DNA of 64,000 bases from NCBI GenBank assembly GCA_002390675.1, contig DGPZ01000003.1, positions 3,165-67,164 of the forward strand. Reading direction: 5' to 3'. The notes under the pieces were generated by a model, which saw nothing but the letters and a program-made list of their open reading frames with translations, did not search any database and was not told where the DNA came from. The stretch is from Deltaproteobacteria bacterium UBA4427. Its GTDB lineage: Bacteria > Myxococcota_A > UBA9160 > UBA4427. Numbering within the stretch: position 1 is the stretch's first letter; each line of letters begins with the position of its first letter. Positions 45,007 through 55,710 of the stretch are shown here, one piece after another. The position numbers were made by a program, and so were the translations under genes.

Positions 45007-46890
45007 ATGGAATTTTCCGCACGCAAGGGAACGAGACATAACAGCGTGACCGCAACTCAGATCGACAAGCCCACCGAACAACTCGAAAGTGTCGCTATTC
45101 GCTTCGCTGGTGACTCCGGCGACGGGATGCAACTCACCGGAACGAAATTCACCGACGAGACGGCCCTTGCCGGCAATGATCTCTCAACGTTCCCGGACTT
45201 CCCCGCCGAAATTCGCGCCCCTGCCGGCACCATGGCGGGCGTTTCCGGATTTCAGATCCACTTTTCGAGCGCCGACATTCACACGCCAGCCGATCGCCCG
45301 GACGTATTGATCGCCTTCAACCCCGCCGCGTTACGCGCGAATGTCGACGACGTTCGCCCTGGCGGCATGGTGATCATCAATACGGACTCGTTCAACGAGA
45401 AGGCACAGAAGCGAGCCGGCTACGAAGGCGACCCGCTGCCGGAACTACGCGACCGCTACAACTTGGTTGAAATCCCCTTCACTACGCTTAATCGTCAGGC
45501 CCTCGTTGGCCTTGACCTGAGTTCCCGTGACATCGACCGGTGCAAGAATTTCTTTGCCCTCGGTGTGCTTTGCTGGCTATACGGCCGGCCGATGAACGCG
45601 ACGGAACGATGGCTCGGAGGCAAGTTCAAGGGAGAAGTCCTAGAAGGCAATGTGCGGACGCTCCGGGCGGGGCACGCCTTCGGAGAAACTACGGAACTCT
45701 TCCCTGCTTCCTTCGTCGTGCCACCGGCGAAAATCGAACCCGGCACGTACCGGAACATAACGGGCAACCAGGCCCTCGCTTGGGGTCTCATCGCCGCCCG
45801 CGTGCAGCTTGATCGAGAAGTCTTCTTGGGCGCTTATCCGATCACCCCCGCAAGCGACGTGCTTCACGAAGTCAGCCGCTATCGTCACTTTGGCATGAAG
45901 ACCTTCCAGGCGGAAGACGAAATCGCCGCGGTCTCCTCAACCATTGGCGCGGCTTTCGCCGGACATCTCGCGGTGACCGTTTCGAGTGGCCCCGGCTTTG
46001 TGCTCAAGCAGGAAGCCCTTGGCCTCGCAGTCATGACGGAACTTCCACTCGTCGCGATCAATGTTCAACGAGCGGGTCCATCAACTGGCTCGCCTACCAA
46101 GACGGAGCAAGGCGACCTACTCGCCGTGCTACACGGTCGGCACTCCCAGAGTCCAATCCCCGTCATCGCCGCATCGACCCCCGGCGACTGTTTCCACACT
46201 GCCCTCGAAGCCTTTCGCATGGCGGTCAAGTACATGACGCCGGTGATCGTTCTCTCCGATGGCTACATCGCGAATTCGTCGGAGCCGTGGCAGATCCCAG
46301 ACGTCGACGGGCTCGAACAAAGCACGATCGAGTTCGCGAAGCCGATCGATGTCGGTGAGTTCCAGCCTTACTCACGCGATCCTGAAACCCTGGCCCGCCC
46401 CTGGGCGATCCCGGGGACACCCGGCCTCGAGCACCGAATCGGTGGCCTCACGAAGCAAGATGGCTCGGGCAACGTCAGTTACGAAGCGGATAACCACGCC
46501 AAGATGATCGAACTGCGGAAGCAGAAGATCGACGGTATCGCGAGCTCGCTTCCGCCCATTGAAATCAACGGACCGGATAGCGGCGAGCTACTGGTTATTG
46601 GGTGGGGCGGCACTAAGGGCTCGATCACTGCAGCCGTCGAGCAAGCTCGCAAGGACGGCCTCGATGTTTCGCAGGTTCACCTGCGACATCTCAACCCATT
46701 TCCGAACGATCTTGGAGACGTGCTAAAGAGCTTCAAGAAAGTATTGCTACCGGAGCTCTCCGACGGCCATCTAGCCCTGCTGCTCCGCGCAAAATACCTC
46801 GTCGACATTCAGATGCTCAACAAGATTGAAGGCCAGCCCTTCAAGATTATCGAGCTGACGGATGCGATCACAAAGCTCTACAAGGCTTAG
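45007..46890 (+). CDS. korA: 2-oxoglutarate/2-oxoacid:ferredoxin oxidoreductase subunit alpha
   Basis: The N-terminus is AIRFAGDSGDGMQLTG and a pyrimidine-binding domain follows (GAYPITPASDVLHE). At 627 aa it is a fused KorA type, and korB follows. Confidence 0.88.
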   Translation: MEFSARKGTRHNSVTATQIDKPTEQLESVAIRFAGDSGDGMQLTGTKFTDETALAGNDLSTFPDFPAEIRAPAGTMAGVSGFQIHFSSADIHTPADRPDVLIAFNPAALRANVDDVRPGGMVIINTDSFNEKAQKRAGYEGDPLPELRDRYNLVEIPFTTLNRQALVGLDLSSRDIDRCKNFFALGVLCWLYGRPMNATERWLGGKFKGEVLEGNVRTLRAGHAFGETTELFPASFVVPPAKIEPGTYRNITGNQALAWGLIAARVQLDREVFLGAYPITPASDVLHEVSRYRHFGMKTFQAEDEIAAVSSTIGAAFAGHLAVTVSSGPGFVLKQEALGLAVMTELPLVAINVQRAGPSTGSPTKTEQGDLLAVLHGRHSQSPIPVIAASTPGDCFHTALEAFRMAVKYMTPVIVLSDGYIANSSEPWQIPDVDGLEQSTIEFAKPIDVGEFQPYSRDPETLARPWAIPGTPGLEHRIGGLTKQDGSGNVSYEADNHAKMIELRKQKIDGIASSLPPIEINGPDSGELLVIGWGGTKGSITAAVEQARKDGLDVSQVHLRHLNPFPNDLGDVLKSFKKVLLPELSDGHLALLLRAKYLVDIQMLNKIEGQPFKIIELTDAITKLYKA

Positions 46891-47037
46891 CCACCCGCAA
46901 CGCCTAACACGAACACACGGGCACCCACAGCCGGGTCGCCCACCACCATCAAATAGATTCCCAAGCGCGAGATCGAGCAGCGACTCACGGCTCGCCAAGA
47001 CAGCAACACCGCCCAAGCCGGGCAAGGAGAACGACGT

Positions 47038-48063
47038 ATGGCAGCCGAACCGGCCGTCAAGGCTTCCCGTAAGGACTGGGTCTCGGACCAAGATGTAAGG
47101 TGGTGCCCCGGATGCGGCGACTACTCGATTCTCGCTAATGTGCAGCGCGTTATGCCTGAACTCGGCGTCCCGCGCGAGAACGTTGTGTTTGTCTCGGGCA
47201 TCGGCTGTTCCAGCCGCTTCCCCTACTACATGAACACTTACGGTTTCCACACGATCCACGGACGTGCCCCCGCCTTCGCGACGGGCATCAAGGCGAGCCA
47301 GCCCGAACTCTCGGTTTGGATCGTGACTGGTGATGGTGATGGGCTGTCGATCGGCGGCAACCACCTGCTCCACACCATCCGTCGAAACATCAACACACAG
47401 ATCCTGCTCTTCAACAACAAGATCTACGGCCTCACCAAAGGCCAGTATTCACCCACCTCGGACCTCGGAACAAAGACGAAGTCTTCGCCTCAGGGCGCTA
47501 TTGATCATCCGATTGATCCGATCTCATTTGCTCTCGGCTGCGGCGCAACCTTCGTAGCGCGCACAATCGACGTCGATGCGAAGCACATGCAGCAGGTTCT
47601 GAAACGCGCACACGAACACAAGGGCACCGCCTTCGTGGAGATCCTCCAGAACTGTCCCGTCTTCAATGACGGCATCTGGGACGAACTTCAGGATCGCAAA
47701 ACCCGCGCGGAGGCGTCGCTGGTCCTCGAACACGGACAGCCTCTCGTCTTCGGTGGCCCCGGCAAGCGTAAGGGGATCGTCTTCAACGACGGCATCCCGA
47801 GCGTGATTGATCTCGCAGATGAGGATGATCCGATCGCACGCGGCGTTGTCGTTCATGACGAAAAAGCCCCGGCAGCGTCCTATGCTGGCGTCCTAGCAAC
47901 GCTTCAGCGGCCCGACTTTCCAATGCCGGTTGGCGTCCTTCGAGCTGTCGACAAGGCTACCTACGAAGACGAGCTGCAGAAGCAAGTTGACTCGGCCATC
48001 GATGAACGCGGCAAGGGTGACCTCAAGGAGCTGCTCCACTCGGGCGACACCTGGACGATCTAG
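47038..48063 (+). CDS. korB: 2-oxoglutarate/2-oxoacid:ferredoxin oxidoreductase subunit beta
   Basis: It begins WCPGCGDYSIL and carries the TPP-binding motif VTGDGDGLSIGGNH. The protein is 341 aa. Confidence 0.9.
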   Translation: MAAEPAVKASRKDWVSDQDVRWCPGCGDYSILANVQRVMPELGVPRENVVFVSGIGCSSRFPYYMNTYGFHTIHGRAPAFATGIKASQPELSVWIVTGDGDGLSIGGNHLLHTIRRNINTQILLFNNKIYGLTKGQYSPTSDLGTKTKSSPQGAIDHPIDPISFALGCGATFVARTIDVDAKHMQQVLKRAHEHKGTAFVEILQNCPVFNDGIWDELQDRKTRAEASLVLEHGQPLVFGGPGKRKGIVFNDGIPSVIDLADEDDPIARGVVVHDEKAPAASYAGVLATLQRPDFPMPVGVLRAVDKATYEDELQKQVDSAIDERGKGDLKELLHSGDTWTI

Positions 48064-48164
48064 CTCCGTCGCATCCCACACATGAAGGCCCGTTCGCGCC
48101 GCTGCGCGAGCGGGCCTTTCTTGCTGTCTGGCTCACGGGCGCATTCTCTACTTCTGCGAATTGG

Positions 48165-49286
48165 ATGCTCGGGCTCAGTGTGCCGGTACTCGTGTATCAA
48201 CTCACCGAGTCGACCGCATGGCTCGGTGCCGCCGCTGTCGCATCGAACCTCCCCTCGTTCCTGGGGTCTCCATTAGGCGGAGTTTGGGCCGACCGCTATT
48301 CGAAGCGGTCGATCTTGCTATGTGCGCTCGTTGTGCAAACTGCCCTGGTATTCACGCTCTACTACGTAAGCAACCGACCGGGCCTCACTGTCCAAGTCCT
48401 GCTGTCTCTCGCCGCAGCGATCGGATTCGCTTCGTCGGTCAACCTTTCCGCCTATCAAGCGCTTGTCGCGGAGATCGTTCCGGAACGGCAATTGCGCCCT
48501 GCCTACAAACTCAATGCGATCCAGTTCAATCTGTCGCGTGCCGTTGGGCCAGCCGTTGCTGGCTTCGTACTCGCGGGCTGGGGGGCGCCAACCGCCTTCC
48601 TCGTAAATGCCGTTGCGCACGCGCCGCTCGCGATCGCCTTGTTCCTGATCCGGCCAAGACGACTTCCCCGTACCAGCCAGTCCCACATTTCCGCAGAGAT
48701 AAGCGCAGCGGCACGCGTCACCTGGCAGAGCCCAACCCTACGCATCGCGCTCATGACGGTCTGCATCACATCCGGCTTCGGCATGAGTGTCCAACAGCTC
48801 GCGAAAGGCCTGACTGAACGCGTCTACGGCGTAGATGATGCAGGCCTCGGCATACTGGTCGCGACCATCGGGCTCACAGCCGTCTTGACCTCCATCGGAA
48901 TCGCCATCATAGGAGACCGTTTCCGTGGCTCTCTATTGGTAAAGACCGGGCTCCTCCTTTACGGCATTGGCCTCACCATCGCCGTCGCCACGACGGATTT
49001 CAGAACTGCGCTCGTGGGCTTCGCGATCACGGGTTTCGGGCACGTCCTCGTAAACGTTTCCGTCACGACCGCCCTCCAGGCGAATGTTCCCGGCCCGTTC
49101 CGCGGGCGTGTCACCTCGCTGCAGATGATGGGCATTATCCTGTCCATGGCCTTTGGTGCCCAGCTTGGGGGTTTCCTAGGAGAGCTGATCGGGCTCCAGA
49201 TGGTCGTTGCGATCTACGGCGGAATTCTCGTCACATACGCAGGCTTCGCTCATTTTCGCCTGGATGGACTGCGTGCCCTCGATTGA
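48165..49286 (+). CDS. MFS transporter (EntS/MFS_3-like); the annotated ATG truncates the conserved N-terminus
   Basis: It is a multi-TM MFS protein with the motif GGVWADRYSKRS. The same frame is open upstream to 48021 and encodes FAPLRERAFLAVWLTGAFSTSANW, the typical MFS_3 start. That stretch contains no in-frame ATG, GTG or TTG. Confidence 0.75.
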   Translation: MLGLSVPVLVYQLTESTAWLGAAAVASNLPSFLGSPLGGVWADRYSKRSILLCALVVQTALVFTLYYVSNRPGLTVQVLLSLAAAIGFASSVNLSAYQALVAEIVPERQLRPAYKLNAIQFNLSRAVGPAVAGFVLAGWGAPTAFLVNAVAHAPLAIALFLIRPRRLPRTSQSHISAEISAAARVTWQSPTLRIALMTVCITSGFGMSVQQLAKGLTERVYGVDDAGLGILVATIGLTAVLTSIGIAIIGDRFRGSLLVKTGLLLYGIGLTIAVATTDFRTALVGFAITGFGHVLVNVSVTTALQANVPGPFRGRVTSLQMMGIILSMAFGAQLGGFLGELIGLQMVVAIYGGILVTYAGFAHFRLDGLRALD

Positions 49287-49935
49287 GCCAATTGTCTGGT
49301 GGATACTCGAGGCGGTCGCGGTCGCCGGCCTGTTAGTTGCCGAACGTCGAGGCTTTCGCCAAGCCATTATTTTGTCCAAGATGACCGCCTCCTCGACCTT
49401 CCTCGGGTATGCGGTAGCACTAGGCGCTTTCGATACGGGAACGGGCTCGCTCCTGTTTTTGGGGCTCGCACTTTGCTGGCTCGGCGACGCGCTCCTTTTA
49501 CCACCTGGGCAGACGATTTGGTTCCAGCTGGGAATTGGCTCATTCCTGCTCGGGCATGTCGCCTATGCGGCCACGTTCCTCGGCCTCGGATTCCACTTCC
49601 CCACCCTGACCGTCGCTGCAGCAATTATCTCCTCAGCAAGCTGGATAGTGCTAGGCTGGCTTCGCCCGAAAGTTCCCGCCGATTTATCGGTCGCCGTCCA
49701 GAGTTACGTAGTCGTCATAGGAACGATGGTCGCCTGCTCGTTGGGCGCGTTCGCCGCGGGTGCACCTTGCGCGGTCGCGACAGGCGCAATGTTATTCGCA
49801 ACCTCCGACCTCTCCGTAGCCCGGGAACGCTTCGTCTCTCAAAGCTTCCTGAATTCAGCGTGGGGACTCCCAGCCTACTTCGCTGCGCAGATGATCCTTG
49901 CGGGAAGTATCCCGGCCATGACCAGCGGATCCTAG
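49264..49935 (+). CDS. YhhN-family (lysoplasmalogenase-like) membrane protein
   Basis: It is a polytopic protein with LALCWLGDALLL and FLLGHVAYAATF, which are YhhN signatures. ATG 49264 overlaps the end of the MFS gene by 23 nt. Confidence 0.7.
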   Translation: MDCVPSIEPIVWWILEAVAVAGLLVAERRGFRQAIILSKMTASSTFLGYAVALGAFDTGTGSLLFLGLALCWLGDALLLPPGQTIWFQLGIGSFLLGHVAYAATFLGLGFHFPTLTVAAAIISSASWIVLGWLRPKVPADLSVAVQSYVVVIGTMVACSLGAFAAGAPCAVATGAMLFATSDLSVARERFVSQSFLNSAWGLPAYFAAQMILAGSIPAMTSGS

Positions 49936-50229
49936 TCTGCAACGCTCCTTCGCCCGCGACCGAAGCTTCTCTTTTTGGTCTGAAATGTGCTTCGTAAGAC
50001 TAGACCGCGACGGATGGGTACCTGAGGGGTTCCTCGTCTTCTCAAAACCCTTATGAGCTTCACGGATGGTGGACCCAATTCCTGCTGGATCTAGCGGGTA
50101 TGGCCCCTCTCCCACGAACAGGGCTCCGAAACGTTGAACCAACACAATCTAAGACTCAACGGGGAGACGATCTGGCCTGCGGACTTCCAGGCTAGGGAAT
50201 CTGCCGAAGATCACGCGCAGCCCAAACAA

Positions 50230-50275
50230 GAAACCGCCCGCCTCTCCTCGGTCACGAGGGAAGACGGGCGGTTTC
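50230..50275 (-). terminator. Long imperfect hairpin, the likely mdh-sucCD terminator
   Basis: The outer arms are GAAACCGCCCG (50230..50240) and CGGGCGGTTTC (50265..50275), 11 bp and perfect. The inner stem is CCTCG-gtca-CGAGG. On the minus strand it is followed by TTGTTTG, and it lies 70 nt downstream of the sucD stop. Confidence 0.6.
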
Positions 50276-50344
50276 GAAGGGCTTGGCAATCGCGACCGGA
50301 CGAAATCGGGCAGTTACCCGTCGACCTAACGCTTTGCTCGTAAC

Positions 50345-51223
50345 CTAACCAGCGAGCCCCGGCGCGTGCTTCGCGAGGGTTTCCCCGATCTCCGCAGGAG
50401 AAGCTGAAACGGCAACCCCTGATGCTTCGAGCGCCGCGATCTTGTCACTCGCTTTACCCTTGCCACCTGCGATGATCGCGCCTGCGTGGCCCATACGCTT
50501 TCCAGGCGGTGCGTTCTGACCCGCAATAAAGGCTGCGACCGGCTTATCCATATTCGACTTCACGAACTCGGCCGCTTCTTCTTCCGCAGAGCCACCGATT
50601 TCGCCGATCATGACAACCGCCTTCGTGTCGGGATCCGCCTGGAAGAGCGCGAGGGCATCGATGAAGTTGGTTCCGATGACCGGGTCACCTCCAATTCCGA
50701 CGCAGCTCGACTGGCCAATTCCCAGTCGCGAGAGCTGATCGACCGCTTCGTAGGTCAGCGTGCCCGAGCGAGACACAACACCGACGGGGCCAGGTCGCGT
50801 GATTGCGGCAGGCATAATGCCTATTCGGCATTGCCCGGGCGTCACGACACCAGGACAGTTCGGGCCGAGTAGCCGTGTCCGACTTCCGCGAAGAGCGGCC
50901 TTGGCACGCGCCATATCTACAACGGGAATGCCTTCAGTGATGCAAACCACGAGGTCGAGGTCGTTCTCGGCAGCCTCAAGGATGGCATCTGCAGCACCCG
51001 GCGGCGGTACGAAGATCACGGAAGCGTTGGCGCCGGTAGCGGCCTTCGCTTCTGCAACTGTGTTGAAGATCGGGAATCCATCCTTCTCCGTTCCTCCCTT
51101 ACCGGGATGAACGCCGCCAACGACCTGCGTGCCGTAGTCACGCGAGAGGCCTGCATGAAAAGTACCCATATTGCCCATGCCCTGAATAATGAGCTTGGTG
51201 TTCTTGTCGCAGAGAATGGACAT
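50345..51223 (-). CDS. sucD: Succinate--CoA ligase [ADP-forming] subunit alpha
   Basis: The phospho-His motif is [14 protein letters not shown]. The CoA-binding N-terminus is [12 protein letters not shown]. Confidence 0.93.
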   Translation of the reverse strand: MSILCDKNTKLIIQGMGNMGTFHAGLSRDYGTQVVGGVHPGKGGTEKDGFPIFNTVAEAKAATGANASVIFVPPPGAADAILEAAENDLDLVVCITEGIPVVDMARAKAALRGSRTRLLGPNCPGVVTPGQCRIGIMPAAITRPGPVGVVSRSGTLTYEAVDQLSRLGIGQSSCVGIGGDPVIGTNFIDALALFQADPDTKAVVMIGEIGGSAEEEAAEFVKSNMDKPVAAFIAGQNAPPGKRMGHAGAIIAGGKGKASDKIAALEASGVAVSASPAEIGETLAKHAPGLAG

Positions 51224-51224
51224 A

Positions 51225-52394
51225 TTAGGCGGCCCCCTTCACAGCGGCGACGACAGCCTCGCCCGCTTCCTTCAGCGTTTCCGCCGGCGTGATGTTCAAA
51301 TTTGACTGCGCGAGGATTTCTCGACCTTCTATGGACTTCGTTCCCTGCAGCCGGACGACGAGCGGCACGGTCACGCCGAGGTCGCTCGCTGCGGCTACAA
51401 CACCCTCTGCGATCAAATCGCAGCGGACGATACCACCGAAGATGTTGACCAAGATGGCCTTCACGTTGTCGTCGCGAAGGATCAGCTTGAATGCTTCCTT
51501 CACCTTCTCTTTGTCGGCGCCTCCGCCCGCGTCCAAGAAGTTGGCCGGGGTGCCGCCGCAGTAGTGAATCATGTCGAGAGTCGCCATCGCGAGCCCCGCT
51601 CCGTTCACCATGCAGCCGATGCTTCCGTCGAGCCCGACGTAGGCCAGATCGATTTCGTTGGCCGCGCGCTCGCGCTCGTCCTCCTCCTCGGGATCGCGCA
51701 GCTCTGCGACTTCCGGGTTTCGATAGAGCGCGTTGTCGTCGAAGTTGAGCTTGCCATCGAGCGCAAAAAGGTCGCCCTCCTGCGTCACGACGAGCGGGTT
51801 AATCTCGACCTGCGAGCAGTCCTTCTCAATGTAGAGATTGTAGAGACCGCGCACGAAGGGCACGAACTTCTTGACCAAATCGCCATCGAAGCCGAGCTGA
51901 AATCCGAGGTCTCGGATCTGATAGTCGCGAAGACCGACATTAGGCTCGACGAGCGTCGTCAAGATTTTGTCAGGCGTGTTCTCGGCGACGACCTCGATCT
52001 CCATGCCGCCTTCAGTCGATGCAACAACCGCGAACTTCTCTGCCGCACGATCAAACAGGATTGCGAGATAGAGTTCGTCCTTGATATTGCTTCCAGCTTC
52101 GACGTAGACCTTACGAACCAGCTTGCCTTCCGGCGGCGTCTGCGGAGTATGCAAAGTCATGCCGAGGATTTCGCTAGCTACTGTCTTCGCTTCTGCAGCG
52201 CTCTTGGCGAGCTTCACGCCGCCGCCCTTGCCGCGGCCACCTGCGTGCACCTGCGCCTTGACAACGACGACTGGGGTGCCGAGCGCCTTTGCTGCGCGCT
52301 CTGCTTCTTCTGGCGTAGTGGCGAGCTGTCCTTCCGGGACCGCTACGCCAAACTCCCGAAAGAGCCCCTTCGCCTGATACTCATGAACGTTCAT
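51225..52394 (-). CDS. sucC: Succinate--CoA ligase [ADP-forming] subunit beta
   Basis: The N-terminus [22 protein letters not shown] and [18 protein letters not shown] mark the ATP-grasp domain of SucC. Confidence 0.93.
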   Translation of the reverse strand: MNVHEYQAKGLFREFGVAVPEGQLATTPEEAERAAKALGTPVVVVKAQVHAGGRGKGGGVKLAKSAAEAKTVASEILGMTLHTPQTPPEGKLVRKVYVEAGSNIKDELYLAILFDRAAEKFAVVASTEGGMEIEVVAENTPDKILTTLVEPNVGLRDYQIRDLGFQLGFDGDLVKKFVPFVRGLYNLYIEKDCSQVEINPLVVTQEGDLFALDGKLNFDDNALYRNPEVAELRDPEEEDERERAANEIDLAYVGLDGSIGCMVNGAGLAMATLDMIHYCGGTPANFLDAGGGADKEKVKEAFKLILRDDNVKAILVNIFGGIVRCDLIAEGVVAAASDLGVTVPLVVRLQGTKSIEGREILAQSNLNITPAETLKEAGEAVVAAVKGAA

Positions 52395-52461
52395 TTATCT
52401 CTCCTAGAGCTCGGCATAACTGCCTAAAGCCCATATTAACTGCCAGAGCTCAAGTGGATTG

Positions 52462-53409
<948 letters not shown>

Positions 53410-53460
53410 TTATGTGTTGGTATGTATTAGATGTGATGTAAGAGCCGAGCGAATGCCGGC

Positions 53461-53488
53461 ACCTTATGAAAAACTAATGTGATGACAA
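53461..53488 (-). promoter_or_regulatory. Putative sigma70-type promoter for mdh-sucCD
   Basis: On the minus strand TTGTCA (53488..53483) is followed by 16 nt and then TAAGGT (53466..53461). It sits in an AT-rich spacer directly after the aspS stop. Confidence 0.4.
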
Positions 53489-53494
53489 CTAAAA

Positions 53495-55309
53495 TCAGTC
53501 GTCGCTTTTTTTCTGAAGCCGCACGCGCAGCGAAAGTTCGTCGAGCTGATCTGCCTCAACGGTAGACGGGGCTTCCAACAACAGATCCTGACCTCGCTGA
53601 GTTTTCGGGAACGGGATCACGTCACGCAGATTATCGAGGCCCGCGAGCTTCATCACCCAGCGGTCGAAGCCGAAGGCAAAGCCACCATGTGGCGGCGCGC
53701 CAATTTCGAGCGCGTCGAGCATAAAGCCAAAGCTTTGCCTCATCTCTTCTTCGCCGTACCCCATGAGTCCGAGGATTTTCCGCTGAATGTCGGCGCGATG
53801 GTTACGAAGCGATCCGGAACCAAGCTCCGTGCCATTTAAAACGACGTCGTAATGCGTGCCGCGAACCTTCTCGGGATCAGTATCGAGCAGATGCAGATCC
53901 TCTTCGACCGGTGCCACGAAGGGCTGATGAACATAGGTGAGCTGCCCGGCTTCGTTAGGCTCAAGTAACGGGAAGTCGACGACAAGCAACGCATCCCAAT
54001 CCCGTCCATCGACGCGGCCAAGCTTCACACCGAGATCTTCACGCAAGCGGCTAAGAATAGTGTTCGCGCGGTCGCGCTTATCCGCCTGGAAGAAGATCAC
54101 CATTCCGGGCTCCGTCTTGCAGCGTTCGCGAATTGCGTCCTTCTCAGGATCCCCGAGGAACTTTGTAATAGGTGACTTCCATTCGCCGTCCTCCTCCACT
54201 CGAATCCAGCCGAGTCCCTTGGCGCCAAGTTCCTTGCGCATCTGCTTCTCGAGGCGATCGATCTCGCCGCGGGAAAGCTCCTTCGCATTCGGAATAGGCA
54301 GGGCTTTCACGATTCCACCGTCCTCTGCGACACCACGAAACGCCTTAAACTCACTCGTCATAAACACGTCTGTTAGGTCAACCAGTTCGAGCAGAATTCG
54401 CGTATCCGGTTTATCACTGCCATATCGGTCCAAGGCATCGGCGTAGGTGATGCGCTTAAACGGCGCTTCGAGTTCCACGCCGCAGGATCGTGAGCCTTCG
54501 ACAGTTACCTTCTCGAGCACGGTCAGAATTTCTTCGACACCCACAAAGGAAAGTTCGAGGTCGACTTGGGTGAATTCCAGCTGGCGATCGGCGCGCTGAT
54601 CCTCGTCGCGGAAGCAGCGAGCGATTTGGTAGTAGCGATCGCAGCCAGCGATCATGAAGAGCTGCTTCATAATCTGCGGCGATTGCGGCAGCGCGTAGAA
54701 ATCCCCGGGCTGGAGTCGGGAGGGCACCAAAAAGTCACGTGCACCTTCCGGCGTCGCCCGCGAGAGCATCGGCGTTTCAATCTCGATGAAGTCCTGTGCG
54801 TTCAGCGAGGCGCGAACGGCCTGGGAAAGATCGTGCCTGAACTGCAGCGCGCGCTGAAGCGGCGGTCGACGCAGATCGTGGAGCCTGTTCTTTAGGCGCG
54901 TCTGCTCGTCGACTTCGGTCTCTTCGTCGATCGCGAACGGCGGCACAGTAGCCGCATTGAGAATCCGCAGCTCGCGTACGTTTACTTCGATCGTGCCCGT
55001 CGGCATGTTTGGATTGACCGTATCGTCGCTGCGTGACTCGATCTCACCGCGCACCATCAGAACCCATTCGTTTCGCAAACGATGGGCTCGCTCATGCGCC
55101 TCGGGAGCGGACTCCGGACGGAAGACCACCTGAACGGTGCCGGACTTGTCGCGTAAATCGACGAAAATCACCCCGCCGTGGTCTCGGCGATTATTCACCC
55201 AACCCGCGAGGACGACTTCATCGCCTACCGAGGCTTGCATGATGTCGCCGCACTTAAAGGTGCGGCGAAGTGATCCCATTCCATCGAGCTCGACGCTCTG
55301 CGTGCTCAT
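53495..55309 (-). CDS. aspS: Aspartate--tRNA ligase
   Basis: I place the start at ATG 55309, with AGGAG 5 nt upstream. It has an OB-fold N-domain, motif 2 (CFRDEDQRADRQLEFTQVD), a GAD insertion and motif 3 (GGFAFGFDR). Confidence 0.93.
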   Translation of the reverse strand: MSTQSVELDGMGSLRRTFKCGDIMQASVGDEVVLAGWVNNRRDHGGVIFVDLRDKSGTVQVVFRPESAPEAHERAHRLRNEWVLMVRGEIESRSDDTVNPNMPTGTIEVNVRELRILNAATVPPFAIDEETEVDEQTRLKNRLHDLRRPPLQRALQFRHDLSQAVRASLNAQDFIEIETPMLSRATPEGARDFLVPSRLQPGDFYALPQSPQIMKQLFMIAGCDRYYQIARCFRDEDQRADRQLEFTQVDLELSFVGVEEILTVLEKVTVEGSRSCGVELEAPFKRITYADALDRYGSDKPDTRILLELVDLTDVFMTSEFKAFRGVAEDGGIVKALPIPNAKELSRGEIDRLEKQMRKELGAKGLGWIRVEEDGEWKSPITKFLGDPEKDAIRERCKTEPGMVIFFQADKRDRANTILSRLREDLGVKLGRVDGRDWDALLVVDFPLLEPNEAGQLTYVHQPFVAPVEEDLHLLDTDPEKVRGTHYDVVLNGTELGSGSLRNHRADIQRKILGLMGYGEEEMRQSFGFMLDALEIGAPPHGGFAFGFDRWVMKLAGLDNLRDVIPFPKTQRGQDLLLEAPSTVEADQLDELSLRVRLQKKSDD

Positions 55310-55710
55310 CACGGCTCCTGAACCAGGCTGCTGGATATACGAAAGACCCACGCTCAAACGAAAAACCACGGCCGCAGTGAATGCGCGCGGAATAACGTCA
55401 GGAGCGAACGTCGGAGGGGGGATTCATGACCTGGCGAGCGAGGCGCGCACCGGTCCCCTCGGCGCCTTTCGTCGGGTCCCTACTGCGCGGATACGAAGAG
55501 AGAAGACGGGGCTAGGAGGAGGGGCGAGGGCAATTCGATCGAACGCGGTCTCTGGACCCGGAAAACGTTGCAAAATCGGTGAGTTGGATAGCAACACGGC
55601 CGATTGCTGTCAATCGTTTCAGGGGCTGCTGAACGCGAGGACCGACGCTAGCCGCGAAGGCGCAGAGTCTTCAAAATCGAGCGGATCGGCCAGCCTGCGG
55701 CAGAACCCAA

